A DNA stretch of 54,011 bases, filler included, from Squatina squatina (lineage: Eukaryota), in the NCBI GenBank assembly GCA_031763465.1. It is 3 parts of 3 records of this genome, joined end to end, with 100 filler letters (N's around TTAATTAATTAA, not from the genome) between each part and the next. Parts side by side here need not be neighbours in the genome. Positions count along the whole stretch, not along the records: positions 1 to 23,467 come from JARFOE010000189.1; positions 23,568 to 39,736 come from JARFOE010000233.1; 1 more part is not named here. The stretch is one strand, 5' to 3'. Position 1 is the first letter of the stretch. Each line of letters starts with the position of its first letter. The position numbers were made by a program, and so were the translations under genes. The notes beneath the pieces were generated by a model. The model saw only the letters and a program-made list of their open reading frames with translations, was not told the DNA's origin and made no database searches. Of the stretch, positions 12,133 to 23,856 are shown one piece after another.

Positions 12133-15100
12133 NNNNNNNNNNNNNNNNNNNNNNNNNNNNNNNNNNNNNNNNNNNNNNNNNNNNNNNNNNNNNNNNNNNN
12201 NNNNNNNNNNNNNNNNNNNNNNNNNNNNNNNNCTGACACAGCCTCTGAACCTGGAGTAGGGAAAAAGCAAGCTGTCAGCCAACTCGCAGCCATGGCTCCT
12301 CGCGAGCGACAGACTATCCCACTTACGATAGGTCAAATCTTTAGCACCCCTCAACCAATCAGAACTCAAGCTCAGTGTACAGCATATTCCTAAAGATCTG
12401 GCCATATAGAATCTTCCTTCCAGCCCCTCAGCTGCACCGCGTAACATTTGAATCTTCAGACTTGCGTTAATTTAAGATTCCTGGAGCTTTAGTCCGAGAC
12501 GAGATGTTAGCACGAGGCCCAAGATATCCACAGCTCCCAATTCCATGTCACACACATAATCAGGGAGAATGCCAGCAGCCGCTACAGAGACAGAGTTAAA
12601 AATAATAAACAGCCCGTCCCGTTCCTCTCTGCCAGGGAGAGACCATAGGCAGTGTGGGGGATGAGAACACCAATGGCAATCGACTGCTTTCAATGCCTTA
12701 AATAGAAACACATGAGTGGGACGGACAAGGGAGGGGGAGCTGTTTACATAACAGTAAGATACAGAAAAGCTGCATTTCCCAGCTTTGTTATCTTATTATC
12801 TGTTTTCTTATCTAACTCCCCAAAGTCATTACTGAATGATCTACACTAGCATGTACTCAGCTTTCACACTGTTCCAACAGAATCTAGTCTACCCCCTTCA
12901 AATGCTGATGAACTCGGCGAGAACTGCTAACAATACAGCTGCTCTCGGCTTTCCTGGGCCTTCCACAGGCCTTTCCTGGAAGCTATAGGAAAGTATTTAT
13001 TGTCTCCTGACTGAATATCAATTACTGCCAGAATTCATTCCACTTTCATCATACTTCAGTAATGCTTTTACTGACAGCTACAGTGCACACAACCCCACCC
13101 TCAGTATAAAGTTACATTTCCAAACAACAAAGGGCAGTCAAACCAGGCCCGGCCCACAGCTTCCAGCCAAGGAGTCTGGCCAAAGGGCCAAACTCCCCAG
13201 NNNNNNNNNNNNNNNNNNNNNNNNNNNNNNNNNNNNNNNNNNNNNNNNNNNNNNNNNNNNNNNNNNNNNNNNNNNNNNNNNNNNNNNNNNNNNNNNNNNN
13301 CCTAGAGTCGACTTCGGGCTGGAGATCCAACTGAAATGAACTGAGGTTTGCAACTTCCTGTCCTGTAAATGTTTAGGATAAAATACCCTTCACATTGACT
13401 GACTGCGCCTTGCTGAAGCTTGAAGTGTAAAGCAATACTTTAAATATACCAAGGCATCACAGCTGTGAAAGGGGAAATTTTGAATAAGAGCATTCTGCAT
13501 CTGAGCCAGCTTGTCATCTTATGTAAATTTTCATGATATAAAATGACAGGCGACAGAAGAATATGGGAAATATTCTCAGATGGCCCAGTACAACATGCAC
13601 ACTCACGATTCAGTCACAATTATTGAAAATTTCCTGCATTGCAAGCTTGACCACAACTTCTAATCTAGATTACCGCAACTAGGTGCATTAAGCACAATGA
13701 TGATTCTATTGGAATAACTGGCACAGAGCTGGTCACTAACTGAGTAGGCAAATAAGGCCCATTGCATCACTATCGAGAGACAAGCCGTGGCCCAGGGGTT
13801 GATAAATTCTCTTTGTAAAACAAATTGTTATTGTGAGGAAGTTATACCAACAAAACCACCTGAATGATTCAGAGGGGACTGAAAATTACATGAGGACTTC
13901 ATTCGAACAGTTTCTTGAAATTGCCTTAACCTTGCTCAAGGCACCTCCAGACAACTTGCTGTAAGTTGTAACTAATATTGATCTGACTCATTACAAAGTT
14001 AGTGCTAAAATAACAAAAGAAAAAAAATGTTAAATTTAGGAAAAGGTTATGAAATTAACCTGGTCGAGTGTTTTGCGATTTACACGAAAGATTAATTCAG
14101 GTCAGTTAGCTCTATTTACCAGGAACTCAGACTCTACAAACAAAAGTGCGAAAGGCACTTTATGGAATCCAAAAATAGAGCATTCTGTTGTGATGTGTTG
14201 AGGCACCAGCTTTGGAATACTGAAGTAATCTGTGGAGAACCACAGGGTTTGAAAACAAACCAAGGGAACATTTCAGACCACAGCCCAAAATACACCACTT
14301 CCCCCCTCCCCATCCAGACCAGAGAATGTGGAGAATGTACAAGGAATGGAGAGAAGCTGGAAGAAGCCTAGAAACCGCAGGCGCCTGTGCAGTCAGGATA
14401 TCTGAATACAGTCTAGTTGTTGTTTTAGATGGAGAAGTGCAGATGAAGCATTTCTTTCTTCATGAACTTATAATCACAAAGACAGTTCTCATACGAGAGT
14501 GATACCAAAAACCAATGTGCATGGAGCTCGCACTGCAGTGAGGGTATGTATCACTAATGTAGCAACTGTAACACTGAACACTCATGACACACTCTGATCA
14601 GCAGTGAAGTAATCTGGCAAACCTTACAGACACATGTGGGAGGCAAATATGCTTCAGCTTTCAACCCGACCTATTTAAATGGACCCATTTAAAAGGACAG
14701 AGTTACACGTTAAATCCTTGTAAATAGGGTACAGTTTTTGAGCCCTATGGGGCAGAAATTCTGGTCGGCGTCTTCCCGTGGATGCCGGCCTCCGACAGGA
14801 ATTTCTTTTTTTTTTACGAATGTACCTGGTGGTCCGGGAGGTTCGCCGCNNNNNNNNNNNNNNNNNNNNNNNNNNNNNNNNNNNNNNNNNNNNNNNNNNN
14901 NNNNNNNNNNNNNNNNNNNNNNNNNNNNNNNNNNNNNNNNNNNNNNNNNTTATTAGCCATTTCAACATCATACATGGAGTATGTGTGTTGCCTATTTTTC
15001 CTTCAAATGTGTAGTGCTTTATATTTGTCTGCGTTAAACTTCATCTCCCATTGTCTGGCCAATTACTCATTTTGTAATTTCAGAACTGCATCCTCCAATT

Positions 15101-15444
15101 CACCGGATTCTTTTAGTTTAACGAGGTCTGTAAATTTGACTTATAGGATACGAGTTGTACATTAAAGAAGCGACCAAACCAATTCAGTATCAAAAAAGAT
15201 GAATCCACCTAGTTTTATTCTGCCTGGTGGGGGAAAATGTCCACACTTCTCTCCTGCTGCCAATACAATTAAGTGCATTAATTATACACAGATTTTCTCT
15301 TTAAAGGTAGTTGAGAAACAGTATGAAATGTAGACCCTCCAAAGACATACATCTGGAGAGTAGCCACTGTCCGTCTCAGAGAAACTGCAGCTGCCAGCTA
15401 CTCTCCACTAGTTAGATGTTAAACAGAATGAAATAGAACATTAC

Positions 15445-15525
15445 CTGTAGGTCGAAAAACTTGCTATAACGTCTGTAGATGATATTTGAAGTGTTATCTG
15501 ACCAGTTTACTTGGATAATATAAAC
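15445..15525 (-). CDS. SH3PXD2A: SH3PXD2A 81-nt PX-domain exon (VYIIQVNWSDNTSNIIYRRYSKFFDLQ)
   Basis: tttttacttttacag acceptor, CAG|gtaatg donor, phase 0-0; RRYSKFFDLQ PX signature of Tks4/Tks5; same strand as and upstream of the other Tks5 exons. Not in the ORF track. Confidence 0.9.
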
Positions 15526-15739
15526 CTGTAAAAGTAAAAAGAGATATTCTTAAAATAAGTAATAGTGTACAGGAAGAAATACCTGGGAACACCTATTCAC
15601 AGAACATTTTAATACACAGCACACCGATTCACTATCTTACTGTTGGAATTATTTTATCAGCATCTCCTCCCCAATGCCCACCAATAACATCAATCTCTGC
15701 AGAATCCACCTCACTATTCCACCTAAACCAAAAGCAGAC

Positions 15740-15820
15740 AACCACGGATGCTGAAAATCTGAAACAAAAATAGAAAATACTGGAATTACTCAGATCAGAC
15801 AGCATCTATGGAGAGAATAG
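15740..15820. repeat. Fragment of an abundant shark interspersed repeat (possibly Penelope-associated terminal repeat)
   Basis: gatgctgaaaatctgaaacaaaaatagaaaatactgga...cagcatctatggagag; a related reverse-complement fragment occurs at about 21594-21630. Family assignment is from memory. Confidence 0.4.
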
Positions 15821-16796
15821 ATGTTGCACCTCAGTAGCACATCCGAGGGGTGCTAACAGGGCGAAACAGGGCAAAATGGCATCAGGAGGCAGCCACCTCG
15901 CCTCCCGGGGAATTCAGCTGGGGCGCAAAGGCCTTTGTGCTTAGCCAGCCGAATTCCACGGTAGGTCAGCGCATGATGTCATAAAGATGCAAGCCGACCC
16001 GCACCGCGCAGCCACAACCCCCCTGTGGCCCGTNNNNNNNNNNNNNNNNNNNNNNNNNNNNNNNNNNNNNNNNNNNNNNNNNNNNNNNNNNNNNNNNNNN
16101 NNNNNNNNNNNNNNNNNNNNNNNNNNNNNNNNNGAGATTCTATGACACCAGTACTCTATGTTGGGTTTAATTTGGGGCATCTCTCAATATTGCCAGCTGT
16201 AACCACAATAGTGTTACAAATTTATAGAGTAACTTGCACATAATACAATAAATGCAGTTGTGTGAAGCAACTCCTGCCCTCTTTGGGATTTGTGTGGAGG
16301 AAGACCTATCCACATTTAAAAACGTCAGCTTAGTTCACTGTCAACTGCAGTTCAAGCCAAGAGGGAATAGTTGGTGCATCTAGTTTTTAAANNNNNNNNN
16401 NTTAATTACAATTGTTTGCTTGATATAATGCAACAAGCAGCTTCATGTTCTGGACAATATTGAAATTCAGTGCAGACTGAAGCTGCCACATATCAAGATT
16501 AACAATGAGGAGTGAGCTGTGATGCAAGCAGTTAATCAAGGTGCCACATTTGGAGGAGTTTAGCAAGTTGATAGATTTCCTATTGTAACTGCTTCAAGGA
16601 CTAAGCTCCCTTTCCTGTCACAGTTCCATGTAAACAATCCCTCAAGTATTTATAGCGAGCCAACACATATCTTGTTTCCTTAATTTCCAGAGCAGCCATA
16701 AACTGTACTACTATCTCCGCATGTGCATTGAGGTATAATGCCTGTGAATGTAGGTACAATTATGCATTTATTTTTATTCCAAGTATCACAACTAAA

Positions 16797-17260
16797 AGAA
16801 AGACTTGCATTTATATAACTCCATTCACAATCTCAGGACGTCCCAAAGTGTTTTACAACAATGAAGTACATTTGAAGTGCAATCACTGTTGTGATGCAGG
16901 AAATGTGGCAGCCAATTGCACACAGCAAGCTCCCACAAACAGCATTGTGATAATGACCAGATAATCTGCTTTTGTTATGTTGATTAAGGGATAAAGATTG
17001 GCCAGGACACCGGGGATAACTCCCCTGCTCTTCTTCAAACTCGTGCCATGGGATCGATTACGTCCACCCGAGAGTGCAGGCGGGACCTCGGTTTAACATC
17101 TCATCCAAAAGACAGCCACTCTGACAATGCAGCACTCTCCCAGTACTGCACTGGAGTGTCAGCCTAAAATGTTTTGTGCTCAAGTCTCTAGAGTGGGATT
17201 TGAACCCACAACCTTCTGACTCAGAGGTGAGGGTGTTACCAACTGAGCCACAGCTAGCCA
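16797..17260 (-). mobile_element. Near full-length tRNA-derived Deu-domain SINE (SacSINE1-like)
   Basis: Minus strand: A box TGGCTCAGTTGG, B box GGGTTCAAATCCC, Deu core aaccgaggtccc...gatcccatggcac...gaagaagagcaggggag...ggtgtcctggccaat, L2-like tail ctttgggacgtcctgag...tatataaatgcaagtct. Confidence 0.85.
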
Positions 17261-17589
17261 ATATGCTAAAGCTTAGATTAGTTATATTTACCCTCTAATT
17301 TGTTAAAAACTGAATGGTGGTGGTTTCCAGTTCCATGTCTGAATGCATCTTGCATGGAATCAGCCTTTCAATGATATTCTCTGTGCTGACATTCAAGAAT
17401 GTGTCTTTCAGTCAAAGACACCCACAGGAAACAAAATGTATTCGCTCTTGAAGCAACCTCTTAAGATTACTGTAACTTGGTTGTAAAGTAGGGTGCAATT
17501 CAGCCAGCATAGAACAATCTCATAACAATGATATTAAAATATTAGGGAACATGCACAAAGCTACAACTATAATCCACTATAAATGCTGC

Positions 17590-17757
17590 TCAGAGACTAA
17601 CAAGACATTGGTCAGGCCTTGGTTAGATTACTGTGTCCACTTTTGATCTCCTCACATAGTGGGTGATATTGAGCTTTGGAAAAGGAGGAGGAGTCACAAG
17701 ACTAATTCCCAGTTTGAAGTGTCTTCATTACCAAGATAGGCTCAAAGAGCTGGGGCT
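17590..17757 (+). mobile_element. Decayed CR1 LINE ORF2 C-terminal fragment
   Basis: Translates as KTLVRPWLDYCVHF*SPH...VTRLIPSLKCLHYQDRLKELGL, a typical CR1 post-RT motif, with stop and frameshift. Confidence 0.75.
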
Positions 17758-17884
17758 TGTGTTCGCGTTAACAATTTTTTTTTCNNNNNNNNNNNNNNNN
17801 NNNNNNNNNNNNNNNNNNNNNNNNNNNNNNNNNNNNNNNNNNNNNNNNNNNNNNNNNNNNNNNNNNNNNNNNNNNNNNNNNNNN

Positions 17885-18494
17885 CAAGGATACAGGCCGC
17901 TGATTGTCCATAAACAATGGCAAATGGCACAGAAGAGATGGCAGACAAGACCCAGATAAGTGCCAACAAATAAACCATTCGAGACTGTCGTAGACCAGTG
18001 ATTGACCACATGGGATGGCAAATGGCAATATATCGCTCAGTAGTACAGGCAATTATAGTCCAGCTGGTTGTGGCACAGTAGACCTGTCGAGCCATGAAGT
18101 AGAGTTTGCAGAGGGAGTTACTGAGCAGCCAGGGGTAGTACTGCCAGTAGTACCTGTACACCGTCACTGGTATGGTCAGCAAGAGCAGCAGATCTGCCAG
18201 TGCCAGGCTGAGGAGGTAGAAGCGAATGGCACTGACCTTCATCCGTCCATTTTTCAGCAGTGTCAGAATGCTCAAGCCATTTGCAAATACACCAAAGAGA
18301 AAAAGTGAACCATAAAATACAGTGACCGGAATTGTTACATAGCCTGGCTCCTGCTGCTTGGACCCAATCAACAAGTGCGGTTGACTTGGTGAATTTTTAC
18401 TGAGTTCAATTGAGTTCCTTGGGTCTGAGTCATTATTGAAGGACTTGATGTGTATCATGCATGGATCCACACGACCAGTCATAGACCAACTCAT
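17885..18494 (-). CDS. Class A peptide GPCR of the ghrelin/motilin/neuromedin-U/neurotensin receptor clade, N-terminus to TM4; 3' lost in gap
   Basis: ATG-initiated ORF; TM1 [11 protein letters not shown]2 [20 protein letters not shown]1 WQYYPW...LCK, TM3 ending [11 protein letters not shown]4 LIW...SVP. Confidence 0.85.
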
Positions 18495-19501
18495 TTCCCT
18501 ATATGGAGCTCGATTTAAGTCAACTGGAATTTAATTTTTATCCAATAAAAGCCATGTGGTGATGTTGGTGTAATGCAGGTCAGTGTAATGACATAAGCAC
18601 CCTAAAGTTAGGCTGCAATAGTCATGATTTGCACAAGTGATTGATTGTCTGTCACATCTAATAACTTTGGAATGTTGGTAGGAAAATATTAAATGGAAAA
18701 TCCAAATAATAATTGTGATATGTTGGATAGAGTTCAGAGATTTGCTTCGATCAGCAGTGATTCCAATTTATTCCAGTTCCATTCTCAAATTAGTGGAACA
18801 TGTTTCCTTTTATATATAAATAAATTGGAATTTATTTCCTATTCTCATAGTTTAATCAGGAGCACTGATGTCCTGGCTGGCCAAATGCACCTGCCATCAC
18901 TCGTCCTGGACACTTCTCTTTCCACAGATTGTTCCAAGTGATCCACAGGTGGGGATTCCTATAGCAGCAGCAGGCCAGCACTGGTTATCGATGAGTGAGT
19001 CGAAGAGGAGACTCTCGGGGAACGTCTCACTCCTGATATGTCCTGCGTTGTTTCCCTTTCACAGTAAACAGCAGCTACTGAAGGAAAGAACAATGATTAC
19101 ATGAACTATCAGAGATATTCGGATGAGTGTGTGTGTGTATATGAGAGNNNNNNNNNNNNNNNNNNNNNNNNNNNNNNNNNNNNNNNNNNNNNNNNNNNNN
19201 NNNNNNNNNNNNNNNNNNNNNNNNNNNNNNNNNNNNNNNNNNNNNNNNNNNNNNNNNNNNNNNNNNNNNNNNNNNNNNNNNNNNNNNNNNNNNNNNNNNN
19301 NNNNNNNNNNNNNNNNNNNNNNNNNNNNNNNNNNNNNNNNNNNNNNNNNNNNNNNNNNNNNNNNNNNNNNNNNNNNNNNNNNNNNNNNNNNNNNNNGTGT
19401 GNNNNNNNNNNNNNNNNNNNNNNNNNNNNNNNNNNNNNNNNNNNNNNNNNNNNNNNNNNNNNNNNNNNNNNNNNNNNNNNNNNNNNNNNNNNNNNNNNNN
19501 N

Positions 19502-19620
19502 CCCCGGTTGATGGGACGGTGTGGGACAGGGCAGGGTGTGGCTCTCCCGGTTGATGGGATGGTGTGGCTCCCCCGGTTGATGGGACGGTGTGGCTCCCCC
19601 GGTTGATGGGACGGTGGGAC
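19502..19620. repeat. 26-bp G-rich minisatellite (cccccggttgatgggacggtgtggct), truncated by gap
   Basis: About four imperfect tandem copies in the intron next to the RRP12 exon. Confidence 0.85.
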
Positions 19621-19911
19621 AGGACTCCCAGTGCTCTTTGAGCTTCAGCTGACCCGGCCTGCAGTTCCTCCATGGGGTGGAGCAGTTCCAGTCTGGGAAG
19701 ATAAACCTCTTCGTCCAGGTCCAGCAAAACTCTCTCAGGAAGACCAGTTGACAGGAGTGGGGATTGGATTTGAATTGCATTGGGATTGGATAATGTTGGG
19801 ATTTGGATCAGACGGAGACTGGAGACATATGTAATTGAGATCAGGCTGGGATTGGCTATGGATCCGAGTGTTTGTACAGGGGAAATCTCTGATACTGAGG
19901 CTGCTACTCAC

Positions 19912-20074
19912 CGTTCTCACAGCCTTTGCTGACCAGCATCCGGATAGCCTGGCAGATGGTGAGTCGAAGGTCTGGCCTGTCACTGATGGCCATGCCCAGG
20001 GTCCTTGCAATACCTTTAAACGCCACCACTGTGTCTGTGGGTTTAGTGCAGAATCCTGGCAGCATTGTCCAAAT
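19912..20074 (-). CDS. RRP12: RRP12 internal exon, 163 nt ([54 protein letters not shown])
   Basis: ctctctttaacctttcggttttgtttag acceptor, G|gtgagt donor; peptide matches recalled human RRP12 [52 protein letters not shown]. This frame is not shown in the ORF track. Confidence 0.9.
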
Positions 20075-20262
20075 CTAAACAAAACCGAAAGGTTAAAGAG
20101 AGCAGTAGATGGCCCTGGCCCCGATTACAATGGACAACACTAGGTCTCATCCACTGAGTGAANNNNNNNNNNNNNNNNNNNNNNNNNNNNNNNNNNNNNN
20201 NNNNNNNNNNNNNNNNNNNNNNNNNNNNNNNNNNNNNNNNNNNNNNNNNNNNNNNNNNNNNN

Positions 20263-20400
20263 TTAAGGGAATGAAGGGATATGGGGATAGTGCAGGTAAA
20301 TGGCATTGAGATAGAAGATCAGCCATGATCTAGTTGAATGACAGAGCGGGCTCGAGGGGCTGAATTGCCTACTTCTGCTCTTATTTCTTATGATCTTATG
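20263..20400 (+). mobile_element. CR1-type LINE 3' end (HER1/HE1-like tail)
   Basis: KGMKGYGDSAGKWH* then gatcagccatgatc...gaatg...gctcgaggggctgaattgcctact and (TTCTTATG)n-like tail. Confidence 0.85.
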
Positions 20401-20780
20401 GTCTCACTATTTGGTGGCCGATAGAATACCTCCCGTAGCGTGATCATACCCTTTTTGCTTTTCAACTCTAACCCAATGTATTCTGTCCTTGCCCCCTCAA
20501 TGACATCCTCTCTTTCCAACAGTACAATGTCTTTCTTAATCAGCACTGCCACTCCACCGCCCTTTTTTCTTTCCCTATCTCTTCTGAACGCTTTGTATCT
20601 GGGAATATTAAGCACGCAGTCCTCCCCATTTTAAGCCACATTTCTGTTTTGCCACCACATTGTATTCCCACACAGCTATTTCTGCTTGCAGCTCACCAAC
20701 CTTATTCACCATATTTTGTGCGTTTACATACACGCAGTCTAAACCTGTCTGTGTATTTCTCGTAGTCCTTCTTACTTTGG
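20401..20780 (-). mobile_element. CR1 LINE ORF2 APE-endonuclease fragment, decayed
   Basis: CVYVNAQNMVNKVGEL...LNIPRYKAFRRDRERKKGGGVAVLIK...FYRPPNS: N-terminal NxxS/GGGVA/YRPP endonuclease motifs, with a frameshift. Confidence 0.85.
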
Positions 20781-20959
20781 TCCTATCTAATATGGTTCTA
20801 CTTNNNNNNNNNNNNNNNNNNNNNNNNNNNNNNNNNNNNNNNNNNNNNNNNNNNNNNNNNNNNNNNNNNNNNNNNNNNNNNNNNNNNNNNNNNNNNNNNN
20901 NNNAACTTGGAGGTGGTGCTGTTCCCATGTGTCTGCTGCTATTTAAAATAATGAAGGCA

Positions 20960-21469
<510 letters not shown>

Positions 21470-21635
21470 TAACTGTGAGACCACACTTTTTAANNNNNNN
21501 NNNNNNNNNNNNNNNNNNNNNNNNNNNNNNNNNNNNNNNNNNNNNNNNNNNNNNNNNNNNNNNNNNNNNNNNNNNNNNNNNNNNNNNNNNNNNTCTGTTT
21601 TGATTTCCAGCATCCGCGGTATTTTGATTTTGTGG

Positions 21636-21770
21636 TCATGGGATCTTTCTTGTCCACCTGAGGGCAGACAGGGCCTCAATTAAACTTCTCATCCGAGAGA
21701 TGGCCCCTCCGACAGTGCAGCACTCCCTCAGCACTGCACTGTGAGTGTCAGCCTGGATTATGGGCTCCGT
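21636..21770 (-). mobile_element. Partial Deu-domain SINE
   Basis: Aligns by eye with 17047-17170 (catgggatc...tccacc...ctcatcc...gacagtgcagcactccctcag...gagtgtcagcct). Confidence 0.75.
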
Positions 21771-22092
21771 CTCTGAAGTGGGATATAGCAAATATTTATC
21801 CTTTCCACCTTGGCTTCTTGTCCCTTCATTCCTGAGGTTGGAGTTATATTGGGGTGTGGAGTCAACAGCCTCACCCGAGGGGCTGTTCTTCGCAGCTGAT
21901 CCTGATCAGCAAGTGCCAGTGGGCTTAAGTAATGGTCAATGTTCAATCCTGACCTCAAGCTGCAGGAACTGTTTATCAGATTTGAGAGATTTGCTGCTGT
22001 ATAATACACTGCTGTGCTGCTATTATATGAGATGCTTAATTCAAGAATCTTCTGAGGGGATTAGTAACCATGGTCCCTGTTCTCTCTGATAG

Positions 22093-22166
22093 GTCCCACT
22101 GTTGAACAACAGGCAGAGATGGCACGGACTGATGGAAGGATCTTGGCTTCTCTACAACCAGAACAA
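22093..22166 (+). CDS. ALDH18A1: ALDH18A1 exon, 74 nt, start of the gamma-glutamyl phosphate reductase domain (PTVEQQAEMARTDGRILASLQPEQ)
   Basis: tctctctgatag acceptor, CAA|gttagt donor; matches recalled [25 protein letters not shown] and splices in frame to the next exon. Confidence 0.92.
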
Positions 22167-22921
22167 GTTAGTGGGAAACTGAATCCTTTGTTTACCACTC
22201 TGTGGCAGGCAGCAACTGTGGTTAAAGAAGTTCTAATTTCACTTCTGGAACCTGAAGTCCGTGGTCAACAGCTACTCTGCTAAAAGCTCAGATTTATTTT
22301 TAAAATTTGGCCTATTGTGGCTTTTGCATTGCACCTGTTTGTTTCCCCCTTCCATTTTACCCCTATACTCTCCTTCCATCGTCTCACAACCTTTCACAGT
22401 GTGAAGCCTGTTCTGGCCTCAGCACAAGGACTTGACGCAACTTGTTGACTGGAAGGTGACTGGCTATGATGGGGTGAAGCTCGATCCCTTCAGGTGCAGA
22501 GAGACCGCAGGATCCATTGTGGCACAGCAATATCCCCCGCGCCCCACCCCGACCATTTCCTGGTCTGATTGGGGTTGAGGGTTAGCAGGAAAAAGGTTCA
22601 GGAATGAGAAGACATCGGCTGAGTTACATTCTACATCAGACTCAAACTCATGGCCAACCTTTAGTCTGGTGCTGGTCTGGTGCTGGTCTGGCATCATCCA
22701 CACAGGACTCGCTGATTTTTGTAAATGAAGTGCTTGGAGGTGTACAAGAGCACTTCAGCGCAGCACTTTCCTGTGCTGTGTTTCTCCACCTTGACTGTCG
22801 ACCAAGGTGAGGGCCTCTGCGCATGGGATGGGCGAGATGTTGGGGTCACAGATACAATCCTGGGCTTAATGGTGTGCCTTTTGTTTATCTGTACTGTGAT
22901 TTCTTTCTTGCTTTTGTGCAG

Positions 22922-23021
22922 AGGGCTGATATTATCCACCGGCTGGCTGACCTCCTGACAGACAATCGAGACGAGATCCTGAAAGCTAACAAAAGAGACA
23001 TGGAGAAAGCATTAGCATTGG
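22922..23021 (+). CDS. ALDH18A1: ALDH18A1 exon, 100 nt ([33 protein letters not shown])
   Basis: ttcttgcttttgtgcag acceptor, G|gtcaga donor; matches recalled [26 protein letters not shown]. Confidence 0.92.
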
Positions 23022-23344
23022 GTCAGAGCAAGCATCTTATTTTGGGCTTTATTATCTGTGATATCTATGATGTGGGTTGTTGTGTATTATCCAGTGTTAT
23101 TCTAGGTCAGACATGTTTGAGCTGCCGAGTGTCCACAGAGAATCTCTGGATGAGAAGGGGCCCATGTCTATCCATCACTCTGAGCATTGCCAGAAGGGAG
23201 CCCAAGTCTGGAGGAGCTTATCTCAATATAATTAAAGAGAATCGAGGCAATTCTAGTGCATCATCCCATTGGAGTCAGTATACAACACCTTGCAACAGAT
23301 GAAATAGGTGACCGAGTTGGTCCTTGGCCCTTCACCTTAGTTTC

Positions 23345-23467
23345 TCAATCTAATGAACCTTAATTGCACCACCTATAAGGCAAGTATGTCCTTCCTCAGA
23401 TAAGGAGACCAAAACTGTGCACAGTACTCCAGGTGTGCTCTCACCCTGTACAACTGTAGCAAGACTT
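23345..23467 (-). mobile_element. CR1 LINE ORF2 fragment
   Basis: Minus strand reads LLQLYR-VRAHLEYCAQFWSPYLRKDILAL, the conserved CR1 post-RT motif. Confidence 0.8.
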
Positions 23468-23567
23468 NNNNNNNNNNNNNNNNNNNNNNNNNNNNNNNNN
23501 NNNNNNNNNNNTTAATTAATTAANNNNNNNNNNNNNNNNNNNNNNNNNNNNNNNNNNNNNNNNNNNN
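23468..23567. other. Artificial scaffold linker N44-TTAATTAATTAA-N44
   Basis: Palindromic 12-mer with stops in all six frames centred in an exact 100-nt spacer. Confidence 0.97.
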
Positions 23568-23718
23568 AAGTTGAGAGGTATAAGTGGGCTCTTTACCATT
23601 AGTTCATAGCAATGCGCCAAGCCAAAGAAAAACGAGCAGTAATTAGAAAATAACATATTGTCAAAGGTAATTTTTTTTTTAAATGAATCGTCACTAAAGA
23701 TTTTGAATCCATTTCTAG

Positions 23719-23856
23719 GGTGCCATTCCAGACGTAGACATGGTTGTGGATGCCGTTCTTTTTCTATGGCAGAAGTGCAAGGCAGTTCTGCAGAAAGCCA
23801 ATTTCGGGATGGTTAGTTCCACTAAAACCCCAAAGAAGCTGGATAACTTTGGGAAG
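23719..23856 (+). CDS. CFAP54: CFAP54 internal exon, 138 nt (GAIPDVDMVVDAVLFLWQKCKAVLQKANFGMVSSTKTPKKLDNFGK)
   Basis: atttctag acceptor, AAG|gtaaga donor, phase 0-0, open frame; resembles recalled human CFAP54 DVQPDKEIVVDTIMFLWQKCKLGIQR...ISTNK. Confidence 0.72.

Noticed and set aside
17195-17258. tRNA gene
   Set aside because: A and B boxes are the head of a SINE; no full cloverleaf or poly-T terminator.
19630-19760. Coding-looking stretch (VLLDLDEEVYLPRLELLHPMEEL / FCWTWTKRFIFPDW)
   Set aside because: Does not match the next expected RRP12 exon and lacks clean splice sites; probably a decayed TE, unassignable by eye.
19059-19780. Long ORFs spanning N runs (here and throughout the ORF track)
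   Set aside because: Length is inflated by X residues and they join unrelated contigs.
23512-23523. TTAATTAATTAA as a biological palindrome or piggyBac TTAA target
   Set aside because: Exactly centred in a 100-nt N spacer and repeated identically at 39781; synthetic linker.
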